From assembly GCA_000708835.1 (NCBI GenBank), contig DF237379.1, positions 1 to 64,000 of the forward strand: a stretch of 64,000 nt of DNA, written 5' to 3'. Position numbers and translations under genes: made by a program. This stretch comes from Klebsormidium nitens. Taxonomy: Eukaryota; Plantae; Klebsormidiophyceae. The number at the start of each line of letters is the position of its first letter. Position 1 is the stretch's first letter. Positions 9,901-21,196 of the stretch are shown piece by piece. Under the pieces are notes generated by a model. That model was not told where the DNA came from. It was given only the letters and a program-made list of their open reading frames with translations, and ran no database searches.

Positions 9901-12900
9901 AGGACGTAAATTTTCCTGGCTGTGACAAAAAGTCAACAAGACTTTCCAACACTAACATGAGCTGCCTCCTGCGTGCAATTGACCTCCCGTCTTACCGTTG
10001 CAGAGAACCAAGCTATTGCTGTCTGTTGAATGCTTTGATTTTCCTAAGCGTTGCGCTCGTTGAAAGTATCTTTATTCATCCTTATTCTTTCGTCATGCGG
10101 AAGGAGGGGACTTGAAATGATGAGCATTGCCGCAGCCGGGAACCTTTCGCAGTCTGGCCATCTCAGAACGGGGCCAAAGCAACGTCCTCGTCATTACCGT
10201 GATGCTGCAAGCCTGCTACATCCGATTCATGTATCTTGCACCCTCACAAGCTCTATTAATGTATTGTCTCGAAGACACTCAATGAGCATAGCAGGCTCCA
10301 TTTTCGTGCCTAACGCCGGTGCATTTGGTACTTCGCTGCGGCTTCATTTCCAATGAGGAGGATTCGTGGGCACTAAAGGCGCCAGCTGTCGACACTTGAA
10401 CGTGTCGCGGCGGTTGCTGTCGACCCTTTGCAACCCCTCAAAAATACATAAAGCGTCCTCCGGCTGTTCTCCTCTTTTTAAAATTCAAGGGGTTTCTCGT
10501 CTTGGGCGGCCAGTAAGGAAGCTGTTTGGCGCTGCACTGCAGGTTGTGCCACCGGAGCTGTCGGGATTCGTTTTGTAAGAGTTTTGGTTGGTGTTACCTC
10601 GTCATCCGCAGCGCGACGTAGCCCTGATGTTGCTCATTCGCTTTGCTTCTGAGCTGCAACAATCGGTGGACATAACCGTTTGCAAGGAGATCTTGCCCGT
10701 CTTCTTAGGTTGGAATTCAGAGCGCTTCCGCCCCTGTTAAACCGTACTGTGTTTCTGCCGCTCTGGAATGAAATCTTCCAGAACTGGTCGTGCCCCTTTG
10801 TGGGCACTATAATTGGGTGGTCGTTTGGTGGAAATATTCGGACGCATTGTCTGCCAGAAGCCACTGACGCTGTTCACGCACGTGACTTGGGCCTCCCACA
10901 GATATGCACGCGCAATGCAGAGGAGCTTTCCACGTCAGAGAAGCAAGCTTGAACAGCAGGTTTGTATCTTTGGTAAATCAAAAGCCCAGCCACATTGTTG
11001 CCACGTGAGTACATGCGCTCTGTATGAGACCGCTTAACGCTGGATTGGTGTGGAGCCTTCACATTCAAACACCGGCCCAATGGATGAAACATGAATCTAA
11101 TGAACGCTTGCAGCCCACTTTAACTTCCGCGATGGCCATGCCGTCAGATTAGATTGATGTAAGAGGCGAAGCCCTTGTCTTGACCACGATGAACTTCACC
11201 GTTTGTGATGTGGTTCTCGTTCTGTTCTATTCCCGCCCGATTTGGGCTTGCGGAAAGGACGTGCTGATAACCTGCTTTTGAAACAGAAAGTCAATAAATA
11301 TCTCAGCGCCTCGGATTCGAGCTGCTTCTTTTCCGGAAGAGGCCCTTCTATCCTTTCTGCAAAGATAAGCCAACTAATACTGGTCGTCTGTGTTGAGTCG
11401 CTTCGATTTTGTGAACATTGCGCACGAAGTCTTCAAATCATCACCTCATTCTCCTCGTCGTGCGGAAAGAAGCTGTGCTCGAAGCATCACCGCAGCCGGG
11501 AGCGACCCGGGCAGTCTGGCCTTTCTAAACGCGGGGCCATATCGTCGTTGCTGCCGTGATGCTGCAGGCCCACCTATCCGTTTTTGAGACGTCTCTGCAC
11601 CCGCCCAAAGTCTTTCACCTTCGGTCCAAAAGTAATTGGTCGACTGTTATACAAAACAGCGGACCCAAGCTGGCGCCTTCTCTGCTTCTCAATGCGGTTG
11701 AAGTTGCGGCCTGAACCGTCCGATCAAGGCGCCAGCGAAAAAAAGGCACCTCAAGCCGGTTGATAGTGATAGTTTGATTTGCGACCATTTGCTTTCGTAA
11801 AAGCACGCTTTGTTTGGTCTACGCAATCGAATCATTTTGGGGGCTCCCTTCTACTAGGCGGCCAGGATGGACGCTTTCTGGCGCTGCATGCACTGCAAGC
11901 ACTACGCCAAATGTTCATTTTGAAGTTCTATGAGCTGCGCTCAGAATTATCCAACTATTCTCCCACCGCTAAACTAGACTCTGGGTTCCGAAGGCATTTC
12001 GATCGAAAATCGAGAATCTGCAATGAGAAAGCGGGAAGCCCAAGCGATCAGGCATGATTAGAATAGTGGGAGTAGCCGTCTACCAAAATCACGCTTCTAC
12101 TTCCGATGTCTCGGAGGGTTTCCCGGCCGCGCGCCGGGCTCATACGCTGTGACCGCGCGATTGTGTGGCCAGCAAGGACGAAACGGCGCTTGCGTGGCAA
12201 TCAGCGTTTGGACTCATCCAATCGCATCTCGCATGCACGGAAAGTTCGACTCAAAGAAGCACTTCCGGGCGTGTACTGCGACTCAGTCCTTCTGAGCATC
12301 CTGTCCGCACTGCAAACGTACGTTTACCATTCACGATTTCGTTCTGCATATGAGGCTTCATGTTACGAGCGGCGAGGATTTTAGAATTCTGGCTTATAGG
12401 ATCATGAAGGAAGGCCAAATTTGTGGCACTTTCGGCGCTGATGCCGCTCATTTGGCTTGCTTTCGTACGCTTCCAAGGACTCGTCGACTTGCTGACCACC
12501 TTTGGATCAGCACTGACATGTGCACTTGTCGTGGGCAGAGAGTTGATTCGCTCCCGTGCTTGGAAGACTGGACTCCACTTTAAGACAGTGCTTCTCGGCG
12601 CCTTCCAAGCATCCTGATGACGCTCTGGAACGGAAGCTGCAGGGCCCTGGTCGTGACCTGTTGTCACGAGCACTTGGTTTGGGCGGTACGTTTCGGTCGC
12701 TTCGAATTCGCGGGCCTGTCCTTGGCCAGCTCCAGTCGTTGCAGCTTTGATTAAGCACTGATGGACACGTTCTGGATTCTCGAAACAGAGGCCAGTGCTC
12801 CAAAAACTCCTCCCTGACGTTGTATACGCACTTGCCCCGGCCTCCGAAGGGCATGCATATGCAACTCGATGATTCATAAGCAGCAGGTTTGTAACTGGTC

Positions 12901-15900
12901 TAGTTTACTTACATAAGAACCTTGCTCTCGTTATACGCAGTCCGTGGGCTCTGTCTAGGACGCCTACTCCTGATGCAAATGAACGCGAAAGCATTCAGGA
13001 ACGATCTCCGAATAAATATTGAAAAAGCACTTGCAGCCCACCAGACATTGCCCAACGCTTTTCGATGTCAGAGGCTACGGATGCGTTGCGCGCATGTCCC
13101 TTTACTGTTTCTGAACGCTCCACTGGCACTAATGAAACCAAGTTTTCTGTGTGCTTCTCGTCTTCTTCGTCGTTGCCCAGCTTAGTCTGCGTGCGGCAAG
13201 GACGTTTAGAATCCGGGTGTGAAACGACAAGCCAACAGGTAGGCGCTACCCCTCGGATCTGAGCTGCAACATGCCTTATGCACGGGATCCGACTTGGCTC
13301 TCCTACCAGGATATCAAGTTAATGCCGTCTGATGGACCCTTGTCATTCTTCTGTACTTCGTCACGTCATTTTTTTCATCGTGCTAATGAATTGTGGGCTC
13401 AACGAATCAAGTAATAAGCATCACCACAGCGCGGAGCGACTGGCAGTCTGGCCTTCGATTCAGAACGGGGTCAGAGACGTGCGACACTTCGATACTACTG
13501 TGATGCTGCAGGCCTACCACTTCGGCTTCATAAGTTGGGACTTGCGCTCGCTCAAGCTCACTCTTCATACTCGTCGGGAATAGCAGACTCATCCGCCTTC
13601 TTTCGGGGGATTCGATCCTTCGATGCGGTTGCACTTGCAATCTGGATGACTCGTGGGCAGTCAAGGCGTTTGATGAAAAAGACGTGTCGGGGCGACTGCT
13701 GCCGAAACTTTAGCGACTCACGCGCAAAGACAAGCTTTTTCTGTTTGTGCTCCTTATCCTCCATGTTACGAGGACTTTCTTGTTTTGGGTGGCCAGGATG
13801 CAGGCTGTGTGGCGCTACACTGCACGGTAGTGCCAATGGTCATCATGGAAGAGTATCGCTGCCGGATTGGAAATCGACCCGCCAAACCAAAGGTGGAAAC
13901 TGGCACTCTCCGGTGAAAAATCCAGATCTTTCCAATCAATTATTTCCAACTTGTGCTGGGCACGCACCGCTTCCTCTCGACCCTTCACAGTACCGACGGT
14001 TCTGAACCGAGAATCTGCAGGGTTTTGAATTTGAAGGGGATCGGCCTGAACCTAATTGCCCCTCAATCCTCAATCCACGTCGGCAAAGAAAGAGAAGGAC
14101 TAGTGATCGAAAGAAAGCGCCAGCAATATTGAGAAGTAGATTCGCTTTTGAGCCGGTTTCTAGGGGGACGGTGCTTCCTTTTGGCGTTTTACAACGTCCT
14201 TAATGCATGTTAGCCCACAAGCGGCAATGATGTTCTGCTTCTGGCTTCCGGTCGCCAGAACAGAGTTCTCCGGTGAGACGTTGATGCCGCTCATTGAATT
14301 GGGCTTGCTTCCCAATGGCGTCCAAGGACTAATCGACGCTATTACCACCTTTTGAGCTGCACTTACGATTCCCTTCGACGTGGGCAGGGACTTGATCATC
14401 ACACCCCTGCTTTCCGGTTACTGGACTCCGCTACACGACAGCGATTATGGTGCTTTCCAAGAATCTCTATGTCAACCTGGAACGGAAAAGTGCCCGCCCT
14501 GGGTCGTGCCCTGTTGTGGGCACTCTGATTCGGCGGTGGATTTGGTCGTTTTTGGGCATCTTCTTAATTGGCCAGCGGCAATCGTCGCTGCTTTGTAAAA
14601 TCGAGGGTTAGCATTAATGGAGAGATTATGGCTTCTCGAGACAGAAAGCGATTGTCCCAAAGTCTCTGACGATGTTTACGCACGCAACCTGTGCTCTCAA
14701 GGAAATGTACGCAGGGGTTCAGAGGAGCTTCTGTAACGGAGAAGCTTTCTTAAGCGGTTCGACCGCAGTCTGCTTATCAAACGCCCAATGGCGGTACGCC
14801 ACAGTATCCGCCGGGGGTTTATGCCTGAGACGGGCTAATCCTGTTTCAAACCAACGTGTAGAGCAGTCAAGTTAAGTTCCAGGCCAATCAATCAACAAAA
14901 TATCTTGACCTCTTGCAGACCATTCTACGTCCCCAACGGTCACTAACGTCAGAACACGTTGATGTTTTCGGCGAAGCTGTTTCCTGAGCACAAAGAATTT
15001 CAACAAGCCGATTGCCGTCTGCTGTGTGCTTCTCGTTTGTTTCTATTGTCGCCCACGCTGGGCTAGCGGCAAGGAGGTGCTAATAGCTGACTCTGAGGCA
15101 CCAAGTCACGACAATATCGGCACTGGATTGAGCTGCCCCTTTTCAATCTCCTAACTAAAGATTCGTATCGCCTCGATTGCTGGCGATGCTTCTCGATTTT
15201 GCTTTGATCTGAGCTTTGTTTGGGTTTGCTCTTCTTATCCTTCTCCCGGGCGGCCAGGATGAAGGCTGCCTGGCGCTTTACTACAAGTAGGGCCAGAGCT
15301 CTGATCTCAGTTACGAGCTGCAATCAAAATCAAAGCCGTTTTCTCATCATCGAACCATATCCTACGTTTCGGACCTATATTTCTACTAAAGATGCCGGAG
15401 CCCATCTTCGAGCAGGCATGATCGTAGCCAGGAGATATCTGCTGTTACAAGGATTAAGGACTCACTTTAGATTTCATCGAAAAGCGAACAGGCTGAGAAC
15501 GTGTGGTTTGCAAGCAGCCAGAACGAAGCGCTGCGGCGCAGAAAGTGCGAAAAAGATTTTCGTCTGCTGTGCCTAGATTTTTAGCTGCCGGTTTATGACC
15601 ATTTCTTCGCCTGCCACTCTCCTGGACAGGGGCCTACTAGTTCGTGCCACGAAAGCTTTCATAACAAGACTTGCGTCCACCCGTACTGTCTCTACCGATT
15701 TTGCTTCCGATTTCTTCTTCCATGTTGCTCGTCAGAGTGGTGATGTCAGAAATGTAAGGTGGGCGCCGTACGTCGCCCGCGGAGGGATCCCCCTGCAGCC
15801 GTCACCGCGCGCGCGGCCGCGGGACTGATATTGTGCTGCACCGGCCATTTTAACGCCCTTAGCTGGGCATCGCAGTGCTATGCGGGTTTTGGCTGCGAGC

Positions 15901-16400
15901 TTTCAGGATCAAAGCAAGAATTAGCTCTAGCAAGAAGCAGGGCCGCGCGGCGGCCGCGCGGCGAGGTCGCTGGCGCCCGCTTCCGACTTTAGGCAGAGAG
16001 CGAGAACGCCATACTTCCAATACTTCTTCGAGGAACCAGCCTTACCATCATGTTGGAGCTTTCTAGGCAAAATGAAGCACGATCGTCCATCCTCTGGCAG
16101 TCTCGAAAAGTGCATCCGATCGTTATACCGTTGTACTGTGGATTGACCCGCCAACGCTCAAACACTTTGATTAGATGGTGAAGCAGGTCTACCCTTACAA
16201 GTCGCGGAGTACTATACAAATTGACTGCAAGCATTCGTAATTCTAGTTCTAAGCAGTTTGCCTGTCCGACTCTCGATCTGACCTTTATCTGGGCTGGCGC
16301 ATTCGGAGCACGAAGGGATCGCGCTTGCGGCATCTGATGATCTCTTTTCATGAAAAAGGGAGATTCGTGTCTGCTGTGTGATGAAACATCCGTCAAGCCA
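6950..16400 (+). pseudogene. Tandem array of ~6 decayed copies (1.3-2.2 kb units) of an unidentified plus-strand gene
   Basis: Recurrent homologous blocks in the same order: LQAYH/MRLHLQ, GGQ.GCLAL (8625, 10505, 11857, 13788, 15249), PPNQRWKLAL (8733, 13879), FW(L/I)LETEA and LTL(F/Y)THLPRPPKGMHM (9501, 12814). Differences between copies in these blocks are mostly synonymous in the plus frame. All copies carry stops or frameshifts. Outer boundaries approximate. Confidence 0.65.
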
Positions 16401-16810
16401 CTTCAATTATTGAGCTCAACATCAGGACTGACTAAATTTATAGGAGCTCAAACAGAATAAGCAGAACTGCCTCCGAGAGCATGCGCCATCAAGCCATGCT
16501 GTCAAGGACAGTAACCCAGACAGATGGAAGCCCGCTTTCCGTTTGTAGGACGACACCAGATTCGTAATGGCAGACCTGCTATACCCATATGCTAGTGGAT
16601 TTGACCGTCTAGTGGCTGAGCATGCAAGAACCCCATTCTTATCCGTGTCACTAGTTTCGGGTGCTCTTGAATCTAGAAGGACTGGACTTTAGTATACTCA
16701 AATTGCTAAGTACTGGTTGGCAGTCCACAATTGTTGTCCATTTCCCGGACAATTTGTTCATGTTGGTCGATGTCCACGATAGAAGGAGGCTAACCAAATC
16801 TCAGAACCTT

Positions 16811-19280
16811 CTATTGTTTCTGACGTGAGAAGGCCATCCGCAACGGAGTAAAGGACACGTTACGCAGGTGGAAGAAGTAAGGTGCATCCTTGTAATTTGC
16901 CGTGCCAGACCACGTCCCATTGTTGATCGGTGTTCCATCCCAGACACTGGCGTACCTGAAATGAAGAAACAATTTACTGTCCACCAAAGTCCGGCTCAGA
17001 AGTGACGATGTGGTTTGAGACTGGGAAGGTTCTTTTGGGGAGCAAAAGCATTGGAGGTCATCCGTTTGGACAAATGAGATGGTGGGATGCTATTTGAGAG
17101 AGCTTGACAGCGGATACAGGGCTGAGATGAACGATATTCACGACAGTGGTCGGTTGGAAGAGCGATCGAAGAATCAAGGATGCTTGTTCCTTACAGATAG
17201 GAAGGCTTGCTGGGGTACGGAGAACCCCGCTCACGAGTCACGTTGCGCACTATACGGCCGTCGATCAGCCACCTGTACAATCAGCAAGGCGTTTAAGAAA
17301 TAGCCAAGTCAGGGAATGGAACTTCTTTGAGGGCTGCATGTTCAACCAACCTTCAAGATTCTATTGATTCGCTACAAATACTCAGTCGCAGTATGAAGTT
17401 TTCCTTATGGTCTTCGCATTCAAAGTGTGATGACCAGAGAAATTGTGAACCTAAAAAGGAATACATGTCCAGGTGATCTCTCTGCTTACTTGATGGTATT
17501 TCGACTCCACTCAATTTGGTAATGATGGAAGTCCTCCGAGCAGTCATACTCGAGTGGTATCTGGTGCTCGTGTCCTCCCTGACCTGCGTGCCAGTTTGCG
17601 AAGGACTTCAACCAGGTATACAAGCCAGGAGGATTCTGAAAGAGCAGCTGATGACGTATCCCTGCATTCAGCCGTAAGGGAGCTACAGAAACGAGGGGGA
17701 TGTTAACGAAAGATCAAAGGAATGTGATTGAAAGTTGCTACTCCCGCTGAAACAGTATTGAGGAGCATCTTCTGATCACGAGAAAGTGGAAGATGTCAAC
17801 AATGGCTCTTACCATCGGCAAAGTGGTTCGTTTGGACATTGGTTTTGTCCATTCCCCTGAATTCAAAATCAATCTGCAAGGAAGGACAAAGACATGCAGT
17901 CGGTTTGTAAAAGCATCTTGGACTCGGACGGTTGAGCACCTAATGCGATCCTGGAAGCAATCAAAGTGCTTACCAAAGACTTCGCGGTCAAACAGGAAAG
18001 CGCAATGCTCAATTAATTTATGTTACACTTTCGTCCTTCTCAGGGCGGACGTTGCACAACTTAGAAAGATCATACATTTAGTATCACTGTTTTGTCAAGA
18101 AGAGTGTCGCAGAGCTGGCGGTGCATACCAATATAGCAGTGCCACTGGCAGTGTAGCTCTAGCCTTGATAGCCTCGGGTCCTCAGAGATTGTGCATTTTT
18201 CTGAACATCGCTTTTTCAAGGCGCTGATGGTCGATCCTAGAAGCGGTTCAAATCCGATTGTAAGGGCAGATTTTTGGAGTGAGGATGTATAGGACTTGCC
18301 TCGTCTTGATCGACGCTACCCTCCAGCGAGCTGGTGTAGATACACGAAATTATGCCATCTGTATCTCCTGGAGTGGAGTAAACCAAACGTTTCGAGTCCG
18401 AAACCTTCAATTTGCGTCTCTTTGGTTCTTTGTCCCCACATGCGAAACCACGAAAACAATCAGCTTGAAGGCTCGAAAAAGTTTCGGCACAGAATTCTTC
18501 CAAAATGCCAACTGAGCCAATCAGAATGCTACAGCCTCACCTTCTGGACATTTGAGCCAGGCGCTGTACGTGCCGTACCTTCGCCTCACTGGCGTGTGGA
18601 TGCGAGCTGCATAGCCCCCAACATCCTGCAATGCAAGAATCAGGAGAACTGAGACATTGCGAGAAATTCCTTTAGCCGACCTCTCGAATCCAGTGCCCTT
18701 TCAGTCAATTTCAAGGATCAACCGTCAGCTGCACCGATGAAATCGTAGGCATCTGCCAATGAGTGGAGCTGAAAGGATGATTACTCTGATAACAATTGGC
18801 AGAGTAAGAGGTATTCGCCTACCATTTTGATTGAGATGTCGGTTCCATTGTCAACGACGTTGCTAGGATCTGCACTACATAATTGGGAGGTGGGATGCAC
18901 GGATTCTTGTGACAAACGAGTACTTTTTCCAATTGCTGCTCCAGAACGTACAATCCTCTGAGTCAGCACCGTGGTAATCTCAGGTTCATCACACATATCT
19001 GCGTATTATGGCAACCTGACGCGCAAGATACAGAAGATCGACCAAGCTCTTGGTTGATTACCATTTCAATCAGATAGTTGCTGCTTCTTTTTGAAAAGCA
19101 CTCAGTTTACTTACTGTAATCGATCACAGACAACCGGAGTTTTCTTGTATAGCCGGTGTTGAAAATGCGGAATCCTCTGCTGTTGGTCTCGACGCTCTTC
19201 GTTACAAAGATCAAGCAAAGAGCTCCGAAGAACAAAGCTGCAACCATGTGGTTGCATGAGACTTTCGCCGTTGAAGCCAT
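16811..19280 (-). CDS. GH16 endo-beta-glucanase of the EG16 type (XTH-related, no XET C-terminal extension), 8 exons, ~290 aa
   Basis: Exons 19280-19115, 18998-18823, 18625-18541, 18367-18300, 17873-17813, 17583-17490, 17272-17195, 16955-16811 join in frame. They give YGTYSAWLKCPEG, SSLEGSVDQDE|IDFEF, VQTN, DCSEDFHHYQIEW, WLIDG, LYASVWD and DAPY, all EG16 hallmarks. Exons 1-2 are less certain than 3-8. Confidence 0.9.
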
Positions 19281-20780
19281 CCTTCTTGGTTCAGCGAAAG
19301 GATGCTGTCTGGTAACAACAGTTAGACTGTTTTATATCGACTTTGCTTTCCAAGAGAGGACGTAGTCTGGTGATCGGCGCTCGCAAATTGCTGAAGGCGC
19401 CGAGCGTCGACCAACTGGGGTGCAGATCAGATTGCTTTGGTTGCGCTTGCTTTAGCTTCAATTGCTGTAGGTAGTCTTCTTCCTTACGGCAGCGCTGTCA
19501 GCTTTCTTCGTCCTCATGAATCCAGCAGTACAAGGCCTTCGGATTCCCTTATAACTCTAAGTAAAGTGGAACTTTCAGAGGTTTGTGGTGAGCGGACACG
19601 TCAGTGCGACCTCCTGCTGAAATTGTTGGATCATGTTGCCGCTTGAGCAGAGAGTGCCAATGCTTACTGCCAATAGATTGACTGATCGAGCTACGATTAC
19701 CTTCGAGCTTTTTACCTTTTGTAAGAAAGCATCCCCAAAGCATCATGATAAGCTCCCAATAAGCTCTTGCTCTCAGAAGCTATAAAGCTTCGACGTTGTG
19801 ATCGATGCGTCTTTTTGACTCCACGTCTGCTAAGCTGCATCAAGGCATGTCTGGCAAGGTAGAGCGCACAACAGAATGTGGCAGAAGCTCCACATCGAGA
19901 GCTCGAGAGCTCCGACCAGCTGGCGCTCACTAAAACCCAGATCAGACTTCAATACATTTCGTGCATGCACGATCACAACGAAGTTTGTAAGTTCGTATTT
20001 TCGCGCTCAAATTTACCACTGTAGGAATTTTGGGGTGAATCCTGCGGCATGGATTTTTGATCATTTGCCGCGCGCCCGGCCGCGTCCGCGACGATCCATG
20101 GCAGGCCGGCCCGCTACTAAGACAGATCGCGCGGAGCCTCAGAGGCGGCCGCGCCCGCGCCCGCCGCGCCAAAGGGTTGGGGCGGCCGCGTCAGCTTCGG
20201 CCGCGCCTTTAGGGCGATATAAAACTCTGTTGCGGAAGTTAAAGTTGGAACCCGATTTGGCCCGTACACCGTACCGGTACGGTATGCAATTCACTCTTCC
20301 CCATAGCCTATGAATGGTATACCGAACATCTCTCGAACAGGGCTATTATGCCGGGTTGATGTGTTGATTAGGGCCTTGTTCATTTACGAAAGTCCCCAGG
20401 AGAAGGGCAGGGTTTGAAGATGGTGAAGGGTGGGTCTGGTCAAGCTGGCGCGTTTCTCAGACGTTTCTCAGTTTATTGCTTGGGGTTTAATTTTTATCCA
20501 CGTTCCCGAGCACTATTTTTGGTCAAATTGAGTCGAGGAGAAGGGTACCTACAAGCCTATAAGTCCCTTGAATCCAAAATTCAAATCCGTATCCAAATTA
20601 ATTTGCATGCTCGATTCGCTTCAATTGTTCGATGCAATCGTATTGAAGAGGGCGTCAAGTCGCCGCGGATTGCAGCGACACGATCAGTGCCAAATGTGCT
20701 TTGCGGTCGCTGCGGCAGAGTTTGCTGACGTATTTCGCAGCCATACGGTAAGCTCGGGTCCCAGTTTTAACTTTTAGTAT

Positions 20781-21196
20781 TTAAGGTAGAAGTATGGCAT
20801 TCAACCGCCTGCAGAACCCTGGGTCACGTTTGGGGTCATAGAATGTTCCNNNNNNNNNNNNNNNNNNNNNNNNNNNNNNNNNNNNNNNNNNNNNNNNNNN
20901 NNNNNNNNNNNNNNNNNNNNNNNNNNNNNNNNNNNNNNNNNNNNNNNNNNNNNNNNNNNNNNNNNNNNNNNNNNNNNNNNNNNNNNNNNNNNNNNNNNNN
21001 NNNNNNNNNNNNNNNNNNNNNNNNNNNNNNNNNNNNNNNNNNNNNNNNNNNNNNNNNNNNNNNNNNNNNNNNNNNNNNNNNNNNNNNNNNNNNNNNNNNN
21101 NNNNNNCATAGAATGTTCCAAACTTAACCAAAATTCTATGACCCCAAACGTGACCCAGGGTTCTGCAGGCGGTTGAATGCCATACTTCTACCTTAA
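20781..21196. mobile_element. Non-autonomous foldback DNA transposon (MITE) with 60 bp perfect TIRs and TTAA flanks
   Basis: 20785-20844 is the exact reverse complement of 21133-21192. TTAA at 20781-20784 and 21193-21196. Termini are GG...CC. Confidence 0.75.
20850..21106. other. Assembly gap (257 N)
   Basis: Run of N, flanked on both sides by the same 13-mer catagaatgttcc. Confidence 0.99.

Noticed and set aside
8472-15323. Minus-strand ORFs sharing RQ(T/A)A(Y/F)ILAA as the real product of the array
   Set aside because: Substitutions between copies are synonymous in the plus frame (ggc/ggt) and non-synonymous in the minus frame, so these are antisense shadows.
6950-16400. CRISPR-like or satellite interpretation of the repeats
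   Set aside because: Units are kilobase-sized, diverged and coding-derived. No short identical repeats with unique spacers occur anywhere in the window.
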